In this document: positions 1 to 13,645 of the stretch, in pieces
Numbering within the stretch: position 1 is the stretch's first letter
Layout of the letters: each line of letters starts with the position of its first letter
DNA from: Rhizodiscina lignyota
Lineage: Eukaryota
Length of the DNA: 64,000 nucleotides
Reading direction: 5' to 3'
Assembly (NCBI GenBank): GCA_010015805.1
Contig: ML978121.1
Span: forward strand, 1,798,001-1,862,000
The notes under the pieces: generated by a model
What the model was told of the DNA's origin: nothing
The model's input: the letters and a program-made list of their open reading frames with translations, nothing else
The model's database searches: none
Translations under genes and position numbers: made by a program

Positions 1-1346
1 AACTCAAACCTCTTTGATAGTGCCGTATCTTGGTAAGCATCGCCGATCTTCAAGGATAACCATGAATAGATGCTGTCTGTGGCTCAAGTCCAAGGCCGTC
101 AGAGACTGATTTGTCTCAAGCAGGCATTCTTCTCGAAGCCATGTTGTGAAACATCATGATACACAACAGACGGGAGCGGGAGAATTGCGCCAACGACGAT
201 GCTCTAGCCACGAGGTGCGAGATGGAATGAGCGAGCATGTTCGATCCACCTTGGGTTTGATGCAATAGGGCATATGAAACACAATAGAGGAGGCGAGGTT
301 CATGGACGGAAATGCTGTGCAGCAGCGCTTCACCCTGCCTCTCTCGTGGGGTAACTGGACGTCAACCACTCTTCGTTGATCTATTCACTTAAGTTTGGGA
401 TGTCGGGGTCGGTGCAGAGATCTCCACATAGTTGCCCGTTCTCACTCGAGACAAGAGGCTCCAACTAATAGCTGCAGCGGCTGCTTGTGACATCTCGGCC
501 TCATGATGAGACACCGAATGGACATCACAGAGAGCCTCCGGGAAGCCCCTCCGCTACCAAGCAGAGCGAAAAAGGGAAAGAAAAAATAGAGTCCAGGTTC
601 AGGCGACGCAGTGAATTAAAAAGAAGTACAAAGTGAATAAATCGGATATTGAAAGTGTTCGCTGGGCTGAGCAAACAATCGTCACCTCTTCTCTTGCCTA
701 CGGCGGGGGAAACAGGGTTCGGCCGCTGCGCTGCGGTGTGAGAAGCGGCCACTCCACTCCAGGAATTCCATCACAGCCATCGCGCGCCAAGTTTCGCCTT
801 CAACACCGTCCACCTACTTTCTTTCTTCACCTCTTGAATCATCAGCGAACCAACACAATCGCGCCGCCTCCTTTGTCTCTGCTCTCCGTTGGCCCACGAA
901 GCTTCCTTCTCTGCCGTGCTACCGAAGCCTTGGTCTCTGCTACGCAACGTTTTGCTGCACACTTCCGCCCCCCGAACGTGCCCATTGACTGCTGCAAACG
1001 ATTTCATAACGCGTTTTGCGGACCATCTCGCGCGACCACGCCAATTTCGTACTGCCAACATCATGGTGTTGGTGGTACTGGTGTCGTGAGCGCTTCTTTG
1101 TGCGGCATCAAAGGTACCCTAACCGCCGAAAATCGCTATCCGTTCGCGCTTCTGTAATAGTGGGCTGTTTGTTAACTCGTACGATCTCAGAATTACATCT
1201 TAACACCCTCTCGACTCGTGCCTCGTTACGAATCCCAAAGCACCCGACGCCTCGGTCACAGAAATTCGAACTAGTCGCCGCTTTTTGGTGGCGCCGGTGG
1301 CAACGACACACAGCATTTTTGAAGTGCGAGCGCGTCAACCGTCAAG

Positions 1347-4296
1347 ATGGCCTGGCAACCACAGGAAGAGCCTCTCCGCACGCTCGCCCACTACTTGAGA
1401 GATTCTTTGAGTGGACATGACAAAAACGCGCAGAAGAACGCGGAGCTGGTGAGTGCGGGCGGCTCTCCCCGCAATTAATGTCACTAAGAGGTTTTTCCAC
1501 AGATGCTCAAACAAGGGAAAGCATCTCCAGATTTCCCAAACTACTTAGCATTTCTGTTCTGCAATGAGCAGTCGCCGACAGTGATCGATCTTTCTCCCGA
1601 GAACTACCATCTTGCGCGAAGCGCGGCGGCGATCCTCCTCAAGAACGACATCAAATCCGGCTATAAGAAGATACCGTCTTCAAACAAATCATACATTAAA
1701 TCAGTCATATTGCAAGGCCTGCGCGACCAGAATGGACAGATTCGAAACTATGCAGGTAACGTCATCACCGAGATCGTGCGGCAGGGTGGCATCATGGACT
1801 GGCCTCAGATACTCGCCGAGCTCGTGTCCGTAATTCAGAACAAAAGCGGATCTGAAAGCCAAGTAGCACAAGAAGGTGCAATGTCGGCTTTATTGAAGAT
1901 CTGTGAGGACAACAAACGGGCGTTGGACAAGGTGTACCAAGGCGAACGACCGCTGGCTTTCTTATTTCCACAGCTTCTGGCTTTCACGGCTAGCGAGCAT
2001 GCTAAAGTGCGATCCAATGCTCTCGCAAGCATCAACGTGTTCTTGCCGGACAAACCGCAGACGATCATTGGTCAACTGGACGCGTTAATGCAACAGCTTT
2101 CGCGTCTCGCAGGTGACCAGAGCGAGGAAGTTCGAAAGCACGTCTGCCGTTCTTTTGTTCACCTCGCCGAAATCAGCCCTGATATGATTGTGCCTCACAT
2201 AGGAGAGCTCGTGGACTATATGGTGACACAACAGCGCAACGTCGATGATCCGGAGCTTGCTCTCGACGCCGCAGAATTTTGGCTGACGGTGGGAGAGAAT
2301 CAAGAGCTCAGGGAGTGCCTGAGGCCACATTTACCCAAGGTTGTACCAGTGCTACTCGAAAGCATGGTATACTCCGAGGACGATATTCTTCGACTTGAAG
2401 GTGAAGCCGAAGACGCAGAAGAAGAGGATAGAGAATCAGACATCAAACCGACGTTCGCAGCCTCCAAAGCGGCACGGCTGGCTACAGCTACGAATGGCGA
2501 GGCAGGCGATGCTGGCGCAAACGGATCTGCTAAGGCCAGCTCTTATGTGACACCTGACGATGATGACTTGAGCGAGGGCGAGATTGACGAATACGATGAT
2601 GATGACGAAGTCTATAACGACCCAGAAGAGCAGTGGAATCTTCGCAAATGCTCTGCAGCCGCGCTTGACGTCCTAGCGTCCTTCTTTCACCGAGCAGTCT
2701 TCGACGTCACCCTTCCATACCTCAAGAACAATTTAGACTCTAAAGATTGGCAGAACCGTGAAGCAGCAGTGCTTGCGCTAGGAGCAATTGCGGACGGTTG
2801 CATGGACGTCGTCACTCCCCATCTCCCAGAGCTCACAACGTACCTCATTTCCCTGCTCCAGGACCCGGAGCCAGTTGTACGACAAATCACTTGCTGGTCT
2901 CTCGGCCGATACTCTGCATGGGCCGCTCATCTCGACCCTGCAGGAAAGCGACAGTACTTTGAGCCAATCATGGATGGTATCCTGACGCGAATGCTTGATA
3001 GCAACAAGCGAGTTCAGGAGGCTGCAGCGTCCGCTTTTGCCAATCTTGAAGAGAAGGCGAACAAGCAATTAAGCGAATACTGTTCGGTCATTGTGCGCCA
3101 GTTTGTTGAATGCTTCGGGAAATACAAGGACCGGAACATATTCATCCTCTATGACTGCGTTCAAACACTCGCCGAACATGTCGGACCGGCACTCGCGGAT
3201 CCTGGACTCGTCAACGTCCTCATGCCCGCTCTTATTCAGCGATGGAACAAGGTATCGGATCAATCAAGGGAGATGTTTCCGCTCCTCGAGTGCCTATCCT
3301 ACGTGGCAACCGCGCTCGGCGACACGTTCGCACCGTTTTCTCGACCAATATTCACTCGGTGTATCAACATAATACATCAGAATCTCGAAGTCTCGCTGCA
3401 AGCTGTGACCAACCCCGACATCGACAAACCGGAGCAAGACTTTCTTGTGACAAGTCTTGATCTCCTAAGCGCTATCATCCAAGCTCTGGATGCCAGGAAA
3501 GGAGCAGAGCTAGTCTCAACCTCACAGCCGAATCTCTTCGACCTTCTCGTGTACTGCATGAAAGACTCGAGCAACGACGTTCGCCAATCCGCTTACGCAC
3601 TACTCGGCGACTGTGCAATTTACGTTTTCCCTCAGCTCCAGCCTTGTCTGCCGTCTGTCCTGGAGATCCTCATATCCCAGATGGACCTCAACAGTGTAGA
3701 CATGACCATGATTGACAGTGGCTACTCTGTCATCAACAACGCTTGCTGGTCGCTGGGGGAGATTGCAATGAGACAGCGGGATGGCATGGAGCCGTACATC
3801 AACCGGCTGCTCGAGCACATTGCTGCGATCTTGTTCAATCCCAAGGTTCCAGAGTCGTTGACAGAGAACGCTGCGATTGCCCTTGGCAGACTTGGACTCG
3901 GGAACGCGAGCGCATTGGCACCAAATCTGCAGAGCATCGCGCCGCCTTTCTTGAGGGCAATCAGGCAGATTGATGCGACGGATGAGAAGGGACAAGCTTT
4001 GAAGGGCTTTGCGCAAATCGTGCTGTGCAATCCACAGGCGATGGAACACGGATTTCTGGATTTCATGTTCGAGATTGCGAATTTCCCTCAGAGTCTGAGT
4101 GCGAGGATCGATGACGGACCTGTGGAAACGTTCCAAAAGGTGTGTTCATGCCCTTCTTTCTCTTAGTGACCAAGTCTTGCTAACCTAAATGAAGATTCTG
4201 CTGCAGTACAAGAATTTGATACCAAACTTCGATGCGTACCTTGCCCACCTACCCCCAGACAAAGCCCAGAATCTGCGGCAGATGTACAGTCTATGA
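1347..4296 (+). CDS. KAP104: Transportin-1 / importin beta-2 (karyopherin Kap104)
   Basis: Exons 1347-1448, 1503-4139, 4195-4296 (GT-AG introns). Starts MAWQPQEEPL. HEAT repeats, an acidic H8 loop (EDRESDIKP...DDDDLSEGEIDEYDDDDE) followed by WNLRKCSAAALDVLA, plus KRVQEAAASAFA and ENAAIALGRLG. Confidence 0.96.
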
Positions 4297-7200
4297 TACA
4301 GCTGCCAATTATTATCGAAGTCTCAAAAGGGGTTCGGGCGATAACGAAATCACTTGGACAAGACTGCTAGACGAATGAAGAGATGAATACTGATCAATTG
4401 CTTTGAGGGACTCTGCCCGAGCATGGGAGTCCAGTGCTCTAGCCAGTGGTCACGGACGGAAATGGGATCGTGGGCATCCGGGTTGCGTACGGCCCATTGA
4501 TACGGACGAACAGCGCACAGTCGATTCGGGCATGCATGAATAGATTTTTCTCGTCATGAATGGAATGATGGCTACTATTGCGTTTAATGAGCGTGGGTAG
4601 GATTGATTACGGGCGAAAAAGGGAGAGGTTGATTTTTTGGATCGCACGACATGCTGTCTCGTTCCCAAAACATGGCTTAAGGCGTTAAATGTCATCCAGT
4701 AGGTAGATAGCTGACCACGTAGATAGCCTCATTCTTTCGCATATTCTGAGCGCTTACTGCTGATTGTTCGTTAGCGTTAGTCCCGCTCCATCTTGCTTGA
4801 AAGAGCCCTATGGAAGATGACGCTTGCGGAGCTGATCGAACGGCGAACGTGTGGTAAAAGTGCGATTGGCGTGCAAGCGTAATTAAAAGTCAGAGCTTTG
4901 ATGAGGAACTTCCTCCATTGGAACAAAGGTTCGGCTGCTTTCTCATGGAGACAGGACTGTTTACTCGATTGGAGATCGCCACACTGCTTCAAGGGATCGC
5001 CTCCTCTGGGGACGTCTTAAATTTAGAAATTTCCCTTTTCCAGGCACGAGGTGGTGTTTGAGACATCCCATATATCGATATTGCTCCGACGGCCGAGCCT
5101 GCGCTGTTATTATTTGCAACCCTTCAGATATGCTCCTGCTTCTGCATTGTTGCATGAATCCTCCTACATATTCCACAGCGTACTTGGAAAGGGCGGCCCA
5201 GAGCAGAATTGTGCTAACCGTTTGGGCGTCAGTTCAAACTTCTCACGCAGTGCTCGTGCCTGAGCTGTCCAGTATCGCCCCTATCAGCACCCCCCAGGAT
5301 GGATCCGTAGATCCAGGGATACGTAGATCATATAGCCCAGTATGTTCGTTTCAAGCGGCGGCTCGACTTGCACAAATCCAAGGGTCCTCGGGAGCAGCAC
5401 TCAATGTCAGTGCACCCCAAGGAGGCCGGGTATAAGAGCTTCCCACAAAACATGGCAACGGCTAACGGGCGAACAACCAATTTGAGCTAGAGAAGAATTG
5501 TGAAATCCCCAGATCCCGGAAATTGTGGAATCTGGCACGAGATGATCTGTTATAATGCATGAGCGTGCCTTAATATACACACCTGGTGTCTATCTATGCC
5601 CGCCCACGACGTGCGCGTGCCGGGCCGTGATTGCGCCGACCTCAATGGCAGAGGTGAAAACATCATGGCGCTTGAATTGGTAGGCGGCTGGCCCTTGAGG
5701 GCAGATCTCACGCATCTTTTCATTTCCCACATTCCTCTCTCACAAGCGCAAGCGATGTCTCCACCCCCATAACTGCTAAATATAGAGAGGGGAGGGGTAT
5801 GGACGCCACCTTGCTGGGTTCGCCGTTGCGGTCCGTGGTCTCGTACCAGCGAGTCTAGGTACGTCAGGGGAGAAGGGGGAGAGAAGGGATCGTTAGAGGA
5901 ACGTTTACTACCACACTACTAGGGTGCCACGCCTCTTATTAACCGACCGTTGAAACAAAACAACCCAGGTCGCCCAGGCCGATGTGATCAACCCAGGTCG
6001 ATGTGATCGATGGGCAGCTTGCAGCCGCTGGGATTTTTCTCTGCAGCTTCTGCGAACCCGCTGCTTCTCCCGCCGACTCCACATCCGCGCCTAGCGGTGC
6101 GTACAGTCACAACTGCATCAAGATCGACCCTCCTAACAAGAAGCAAGCCGTCTCGCGCTACCACTACTCACATGATCTTCTGGGCGCTGCGATTCTCCCT
6201 AAATAGTAAAAGGCTCTTCCTTCGCTCGCATTCATCGCACATCTGGACGCCAGCCCGAAGGCAGACTTTGAGGACATGCAGAACAATTATGCCACCCGTT
6301 GGTGCGGCGGTGACGATGAGCAGCACCTCGCCTGGCGAGCCATACCTATGTCTCTCCTCGCGCTTCCAGAAGTTCAAGGTCCTCGTCGGCAAAGGGTGCC
6401 TGGAGCCCGGGCTCTCGAGCCCCTTGCGGCACCGGCACCTAAGCATACTCGCTAGTACGGACGGAATAGGTATTCTGTATCCACCTCCAGGCTGATGGCG
6501 TCTTCACCAGAAATAGAGTCAGATTGATGGCGCCAATTAGGCAGGTAGACCACATTTCTTTGACACTCGGTCTCGGTTACAGCGCGTCTCGCGTGCGTCT
6601 CGCGCTCGCGTCTTTCCCTCGATTTGGGAAAGTCATAACGGCGTGGCTGAGTGCACAAACGGCGGGCGTCGACGTCATAGTGCCACGCTCACGGAAAATC
6701 AAAATCAGCCTGGATCACGGAGGCCTCCCGAGGAAGTGGAGCTTTACAAGCTTGCCCCTCTCATCTAGCCTCTGAGCGTCGGAGGTTGCCTGCTTCTATG
6801 CATAATCTCACCTGTGCTGATGAGAAATGCGTTCTAGCCAGCACCAAACCAGCCAATGCTGGTGCAGCTTGGGCAGAGGGAGCTCATGCCCACAGCGTCA
6901 AGCGAATTGTTCCGCGCACTCGTCCCTCCAACCCTCCCACCCCTCGCAATATTCCCACTGCGGTGCCATACCTTGCTGGCTCGGCCTCGAGCGTGAGTGA
7001 GCAGGGGCAGGAGTCGGCATAGGAACTCGCCTGTCCCTGCTTCCATCCGCCAGCAGCCTGTCATACCATTGCTCACCATGTGCCCGCGACCGGGACGTTC
7101 GGCGAAGCGGTTGCTTAGAGCAGTAATGACCATGAGCAGACGCAGCGGGAGGGTAACGTTGAATTGCACTGGACGCCATTCACTTATTAACATTCCTCCG

Positions 7201-8195
7201 CAGCTCCCACAAACATCCACAAACATCCGAGCCACCGGGCTCGTGCATTACAAGGAACTTCCCTGCAGTGTCTCGCTCCAAAAATAGCCAGCCAGAGACG
7301 TCAAACGATGCTTTTTGAGGTGGTGCTTGCAACCCACTTGAACCCACTCTGGCTTCATTGAAAACGCTCAGCGCTGGCTCAAACCGTCGCTGCTGCCGTA
7401 CGCTATAGCGCCGAGCTGCTGCGTGCTAAGTGTTCGCACATGCCCATGGCGTTGAGTCGCCTCTCTCGCGGTGAGCGATATGAGCGTCATTTTGGCCCTC
7501 ACGCCCACCGAGCTGCTAGTGCTACAGTAATGAGTCGCCCCCGAAGCTGCTGTGCTCCTCTGCAACCTCAGCCCGTTAGTCCTCATGACACTCGCAGCCA
7601 GCAAATCACCACCACCACCCACCTCGGGACCAAGCGAGTTCGTGGGCGCGGATGCTGAAGGACGTCTTAAAGCTGCCCGAAGAGGCTTAATTCCCCACCC
7701 ATTTTTCCAATCTCCCGAACCAATATGAGGCACTCGATTTGACAGGCCAATTATCCCTCGCCGGCAAAGAAATCACCTAGACACACACGCACACACACAC
7801 TTCACACTCATGCCAGGTCTGCTCGCCCTTACTAACGCCGAAGGGCTGAATGAAATGGGGGGCGCTCCCGCCGCTAGAGGTCAAGCACGTCCGCCCAGCT
7901 CGAGGCTATGTCCTGATTGCTGTCATACGAGCTCCTCGAGCTGCTCTTTGCTATGACCACCCTTCTCAAAGCAGTTTTCCACGCGCCTGGCTAGCGAGCT
8001 CGTGGCATAGTCTCTTCTATTTCAAGCCTACCGCCGCCGCTCCCGGCCGAATAGCTATCACCACCGTCTTCACTGCGACCTCGTCTGCCCAAAGAGTTGC
8101 ATATTGGCACCCTGCAGGCACCGCGCCAGGGATCACGCCTCTAAGCGCATTCGTTCGCTTCGACGCCCACTAGTTCTTCTTCTTCTTCGACTACT

Positions 8196-8536
8196 GTATG
8201 TCACGCTGCTTCTCGAAGCACCACCTGTCTCGGTGTTAGAGAGCATTGGCATTGCCAACCCAACCCCCCATTTCCCCCAAACACTCCAATATCAGCCGCA
8301 GATCGCTGCCCTGACCTACCGGGCAACCCCTACTTAATCATCAAATTACTCATGCGGGCACGCCAGCGCCTACAGCGAGAAATAAAGTCTGCCTTGCTGT
8401 CGTTGATCGGATTCCGCTTTGGCTCGCTTTTCGCGTCTGCTATCTGGCATTCGCATGCACTGCCTTTCTGGATCACGACTTACGCACCTGCCTCCGTACC
8501 TGTCTGATCGGCTCATAAGACGAATTCCTCGACCAG
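8196..8536 (+). other. Putative 5'-UTR intron of the Zn2Cys6 factor
   Basis: GTATGT donor at 8196, CTGAT/GCTCAT branch-like sites at 8504-8516, CCAG acceptor at 8536, 100 nt upstream of the ATG in a pyrimidine-rich leader. Confidence 0.4.
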
Positions 8537-8635
8537 GTCCCGGACCAGCATCTTCAAACCTTATTCTGGCGTTCTAACACCAGGGGAATTCCGTCGCGAC
8601 TCTAACCTTTCAACTTCCACTTCACACGCGGCAAC

Positions 8636-10619
8636 ATGGCGGGTCCTGGAGGTGGGCCGTCTAGGCGAAGCCATACCAAGTCGCGCAAGGGCTGCAAGAC
8701 GTGCAAGAGGAGGCACATCCGCTGCGACGAAACATTCCCGCAATGGTGGGTCAATTCCTCTGTTGAAAAGTTCCCCATGGATACTTTCCGCACCGTTTTC
8801 CCGCTGCTGCCTAGAACCAAAGACTAAGCTGACGTTGATTTTTAGCCGCAACTGCACGAAGCATCAGGTGCGATGCGATTACATGGACAGTCCGACTGCA
8901 GCTGGCGGCGACGACGGGAGCCTGAGTCTCCAAGCAAACCTACTCTGGACCCCCGAGATCGAGAAAACGGTCGAAACCTGGCGTCAGACTGGGGAGTTCC
9001 CATTCCCGGAGCTGAACATCTTCCCGCAGCCGCAGTGGAGCGCCTTTACCAGGATCGATCTGCGACTATTGCATCACATCGCGCAGATATGCTGCGAAGT
9101 CAACCGCAACCGCACGTCAAAGATCACGCTGTGGACAGAGCTCATGCCGAAGTGAGTTTGAGCACTCATCTCCTGGCCCCCGCGGCTAACTCCTATCGCA
9201 GGTTCCTGAGCGCGGCAGCATCCCATTCGTTCGTGATGCATTCGATTCTCTCCTTCTCTGCGAACCACCTGGCGTGGATCTCGCAGTCCAGTGAGACGCG
9301 GAGCATCGCCATCCAGCACCGGCAAATCGCGTTGCGAGGCCTTCATGAGGCAATTGGGGCGTTCTCCCAGGCGAACTCGGATGCCGTCCTTGCCGCCTCG
9401 TTGCTTTTGGCCTGGCAAGCTACTGATTGGTATGTTGAATAAGCTTAACGATTCCGCGGTCACGCTGACAGGCATCTGCTCTAGGCGCAATTGGGCTTCG
9501 CTCATGACGGGCATCAGCAGTGTAGGTGGACCCCAAACATCAAGTGAATTCAATTAGCTCACGGCCGAGTAGGTAGTTCACACAATGCAGACTTGGCGTG
9601 ATCAATCCGTCTTCTCGGAATATCTGGCGGATCACGCCTCCGATCCACCGCGTATCTTCACCGATGCTACAGGCTTCCAATTGACGCCAGAGCGACGGCA
9701 CGAGCACCTTCTGATTCTGCAGAACGTTTCCTCATCACTGGCGCGTTTGCAGCCTTTCCTGGCGCACTGCGAGCAGGAGAACAAGTGGATCGAGCAACTG
9801 AAGGGTTACATTGAGCGTCTCAAGACGTCAAACGCGCCTCAATCTCCCGAAGAACAGTTCAGCCAGCTCTATGCCCTGAGAAAATGGCTCTTCTGGGTGC
9901 CAGTTTCCTTACTCTCCTCTCGAAAAGGAGACATCTTCATGCTCCTTGTGCTTGCGCATTTCTACGCAGTCGCTATAGCAATCGAGCCGATGTTTCCTGA
10001 CGTGGGAGCCGATTTTGCGGCAAACGGCGCACTTCAGCCATTGCAGGAGATCGCGAGGATCATCAATCAAGTCCAGACGTCACAGGGCTACAACTCGAAC
10101 ACGCAAGCGGCGGCAATGATGATGGATTTCCCTCGTGAGGCGATCAACACCTACCGCGCACGCAAGGAGTGGGCGAGGCAACAACCACAAATTCAGGCCA
10201 CCCTTCAGCACCAGTCGTACGGGCTGGACACGCTAAATTTAGACCTTGGCAGCCAGTTGGCTGACCACGGGTACTACCAGAGTCTGAGTCCTGCATTTGC
10301 GCCTTCGCCGCTTCATCTTGGCTCGCCTCACCTGAGTTCGCCTGGAGTGATATCTCCATCGAGCGCAGGACCGCGCTCGCCGTACCTCGAGGTGCCGCCG
10401 CACACGCCTCACTCGGCGATAGATACGGCAACGCATGGCTACCTGGGCAGCAACAGCGTCTACAGCACGCCTCTCAGCACGCCCCTTGCCAGCCCAGGCA
10501 CGGCACCGCCGTCATTCACTACCATCAATACTGGCCAGGAAGAGTTCGCTTTCGGAGGGAGCGCGATGGCGAATAGCTGGCATGGCGGGTTCGTGGCACC
10601 TCAGACTGTCTGGACTTGA
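8636..10619 (+). CDS. Zn(II)2Cys6 transcription factor (Upc2/Ecm22-like, fungal-specific TF domain)
   Basis: Exons 8636-8745, 8846-9151, 9202-9429, 9485-9521, 9573-10619. Splicing completes SRKGCKTCKRRHIRCDETFPQCRNCTKHQVRCDY (six Cys). FVMHSILSFSANHLAW and NSDAVLAASLLL middle region; S/P-rich tail. Confidence 0.93.
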
Positions 10620-11865
10620 AGAGGAGACGTGGCTGAAGAATGTTTTGTGATCCAGGGTGCAATTGCAACCGCCTCCACTGCCGCTACCGTCACAACGGTC
10701 GCCAACAACTACAACGCTAGTTCATGGCCGACCACCGCCCTCGTCAGCAGTAGCAACGCCAGCATCCGACAGCAGCAAAGGCAAGATGCGCCAATCGGAC
10801 ATGTGGCTACCACCTTCTACAACACCATCTACTGCGACAACGAATTCGTTCTAACGGGCAACGCCCGCGCTGGTGTGGCGTTTCGATCCCACGCACCGTG
10901 ATTATGCCCGCTTACTCATTCTGCCGGTAGCGTTCATGTTTACTGCACACCTCCGATTGCTGCGCCACATCACAACATCCGGCCAACACCAACCCTTCCA
11001 ACACCACCGCATCCGCTCGCGCGATTAGACGATTTCCTTCCCCCCCTCGACCGATCGATTACCCGATTGCAAGCTATGCTTCTCTTCGTGTCAATACTTC
11101 TATTCCCCACTTCTCTTCTATCCAGGATTATCCGGCTCGGGTTCTTTCTTGGCTCTCAGGAAGATTTCTTCGCTTCGGTGTTTTAACGTGCGACGCTGCA
11201 TTTGCATTTGCATAAGCGAATGCCACATTCGCTTGGGCGTTTACAAAGGAATGACAAATCTAAATTTGTTGAGGGATGGCTTTACCGGATCGATACCTAC
11301 ATGGGCAAGGAGTTAGTGTGCAAAAAGCTTGAGCCCGGGGCAGGCAGCTGAATGAGTGGACGAACCTTTGTTGCTTCGAGCCTTTTCTTTTTATCTTCAT
11401 CCTGCGGCGTGTCAGGCACAGCAGCGACTTCAGCCTCAGAGCTTCTGAGCGTCGAGAACCATGGGGGACTTTTTTGGAAACACTTTAGAATGGAGGATCG
11501 ATTTGTACAATATTACGAATTCACTTCTTATCAGCATGACAAACGTGCTTCATCTATTTGAGAACTTGCAGCCCATTCTGTGGGATGCGAAATCGTCGGG
11601 AGCCTCGCCTGATTCCACAAACAGCATGGATTAGGTAAGATTTGAGAAAGAATCGGCATCTTAACAGATGAGAAGCCGACGGTCGACTTGGCAAGAATGA
11701 AGTGCATCATCGGCCCGACCGAATTTCATCATGCTCCGAAGTCCAAGCTCCATTGCCTGTACCTCTCCTCCACAAGCTCCAGCTTTCACTGGTCCCCTTA
11801 GCATAGCATTTTCGACCAGATCTACCAAACATTGGACCTCTACAAGCTCGTGCTCTCATCTCGAC

Positions 11866-13017
11866 ATGTCTGGAGGCTGGAATACGATAGAATCAGATGC
11901 GGTTTGTGCGCCACCAGAGCAACCGCTACATAGGCTTAAAAAAAGAACGGTTCGCTGACCAGTTTTGAAGGGTGTCTTTACCTACCTTCTTCAGAACCTT
12001 GGGACCAAGGAGATACAGTTTGAAGAGCTCATATCTCTCGACTCTGATTCGTTGCGGCAGTTAAGGTGCGTCTTCCCCATCACAGTATCTAGTCTCGTGC
12101 TCAACCTCTTGAGCTTCTCCGCCAGCTTCGCGTGCGCTACTAATATGCAACAGTCCAGTATACGGCGTCATATTCCTCTTCAAATACCCGACCGGTCAAT
12201 CCAAGGCGACTTCACAACCAGAAGACGGCACATTCGATCACAACGCGGCCGAGAATCTGTTCTTCGCCGCGCAGACGATACAGAATGCGTGTGGCACACA
12301 AGCGCTTCTCTCCGTCTTGTTAAATCACGACAACACTCTCGACATCGGTTCGAACTTGAAAGAGTTCAAGGAGTTCACTTCTGCGTTCCCTTCAGATGTG
12401 CGCAGTTGATCGACGTCCCCAACGCTATATAATTTACTCACTTTTCATCGCAGCTCCGGGGCGAGGCCCTCTCCAACTCCGACGTCATCCGCGAAACACA
12501 CAACTCCTTCGCCCGCTCATCCCCCTTCATCGACGAGACCCAGCGTGCTGCGACTGAAGACGACGATGTCTACCACTTCATTGCCTACACGCCCATTAAC
12601 AACGTCCTCTACGAGCTGGACGGGCTACAACCCGCGCCCATCTCCCACGGTGCCTGCACATTCGACGAGTTTCCCGAGAAGGTGATACCCGTGTTGCAGC
12701 GACGTATCGAGCGATACCCAGCGCACGAGATCCGCTTCAACCTGCTTGCCATGGTGCGGGATCTGCGCATCAAGGCGCGCGAGATCGGGGACACGGAGAT
12801 GCTGTATCGTGAGCAAGAGAAGAGGAACATGTGGCAGTGGGAGAACGCGCTGCGGAGGCACAACTTTGTCGGATTTGTGGGAGAGCTGGTCAAGGGCGTG
12901 GTGAGGAGTAAGACGCAGGATGGACAGTATGAGACGTGGGTGGAAGAGGCGAAGAAGAGAACGGAGAAGAGGCTGGAGGATAGGAAGAAGAAGGGGTATG
13001 CTGTTGACGATGTGTAG
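11866..13017 (+). CDS. UCH37: Proteasome-associated ubiquitin C-terminal hydrolase (UCH37/UCHL5, peptidase C12)
   Basis: Exons 11866-11901, 11971-12065, 12154-12397, 12454-13017. WNTIESDAGVFT, FAAQTIQNACGTQA (catalytic Cys), YHFIAY, LYELDGL, and C-terminal ULD motif ENALRRHNFVGF. Confidence 0.95.
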
Positions 13018-13645
13018 AGGAGGACATGCAGCAACGGACTGTAAGATAGGTCGAGGGGGGATGGCATGCTTAGACATTCGCACGCACAGTGCACAGGCTC
13101 CCAGAGAGTCCTTAAATGTTGCCCTGATTCGATGTATCTCTACGTATCTATCGACGACGATTCCCGATCCTGCACAGGCACCTCTCCGTCGGCCAATTCA
13201 ATTCTGCCAAGAGCTCGGGATTTGGCATCACGCATCTGCATGTGAAGCTTCCAATTGTAGGCTACTGCGTTTTCTGACGTGGTCCCTCCTACCATGACGG
13301 GAGGGTGTACATCGGCATGAGCAACCTCAAGCGGGAGTTCCTCCTACGTAAAGTAGCATGCTCTTCTGAAGCTCGAATGGCGTGGCTCCTGCTCCTGCAC
13401 AAACTCCATTTGACTTTACTTGGCGCCTGTTGGGAAAGTCTGTGCATTCTCATATGGCAGGCACAGACGCATGTCGATGCCTCGAAAGCTTGAATCATCG
13501 CCATATATATGAGCTCCATGTACTTCAATCCTTACCAGTGCTCCGTTTCCTCTCACTTTCACACCTGTCCTTCGTTCAGTTCGCGGACTGAGAATCACCT
13601 GCGAATTTCTTGATACCTTTCGAAGAACAACCGTCAACCAAAGAC

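Noticed and set aside
1..1340. Short ORFs at the window start
   Set aside because: No motifs. Strand skew suggests promoter/leader of KAP104 and of a leftward gene outside the window, which cannot be called.
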